This document shows positions 36,856-36,944 of a stretch of 36,944 bases of DNA, piece by piece. A program made the position numbers and the translations under genes. The stretch's first letter is position 1, and each line of letters starts with the position of its first letter. This stretch comes from a bacterium (GTDB lineage: Bacteria > Zhuqueibacterota > Zhuqueibacteria > Oceanimicrobiales > Oceanimicrobiaceae): contig JBHHYI010000021.1 of assembly GCA_046757525.1 (NCBI GenBank), positions 1 through 36,944 of the forward strand. Direction: 5' to 3'. The notes beneath the pieces were generated by a model, which made no database searches, had not been told where the DNA came from, and saw only the letters and a program-made list of their open reading frames with translations.

Positions 36856-36944
36856 TAAGGCAGTCCCTGTCATTCCGAATCCGGCGACTGCCTTTTGGCG
36901 TCAACTTAAGGGGCGTCTAACCACCCTATTGTCACCCCGAGCGG

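Noticed and set aside
1..36944. CRISPR array, prophage, defence island, rRNA/tRNA
   Set aside because: No regularly spaced direct repeats, no cas/phage/integrase/transposase ORFs and no stable-RNA signatures were found by eye.

Overview
Bacterial chromosomal window, mostly housekeeping. From the left it holds: a structured non-coding segment ending in an IS-end-like motif; mutL; an rpsU gene missed by the ORF track; and a Trp/Tyr/Phe-rich leader peptide with an attenuator. The leader precedes a 15-gene aromatic amino acid supraoperon: trpE-G-D-C-F-B-A, chorismate mutase, DAHP synthase, tyrA, then about 850 bp of hairpin/MITE-rich DNA, then aroA-aroE-aroC-aroK and an aroQ fused to a GAF/fRMsr-like domain. 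After lon come an orphan ORF, a beta-barrel/TPR outer-membrane protein, a REC-PAS-GAF-GAF protein without an output domain, and a lipoprotein coupled to an RsbV/RsbW/RsbU/REC-PP2C partner-switching module. The right part has DUF62 SAM hydrolase, M50 protease, DUF72 and D-cysteine desulfhydrase-family genes, then an SDR and acetyl-CoA synthetase on the minus strand. I saw no rRNA, tRNA, CRISPR array or transposase gene. The best leads are the multivalent aromatic attenuator, the AroQ-GAF fusion, the sigma-less partner-switch cluster, and a dispersed repeat (GAATTATTCAGG core) found upstream of three genes. All calls come from reading the sequence; no searches were run.
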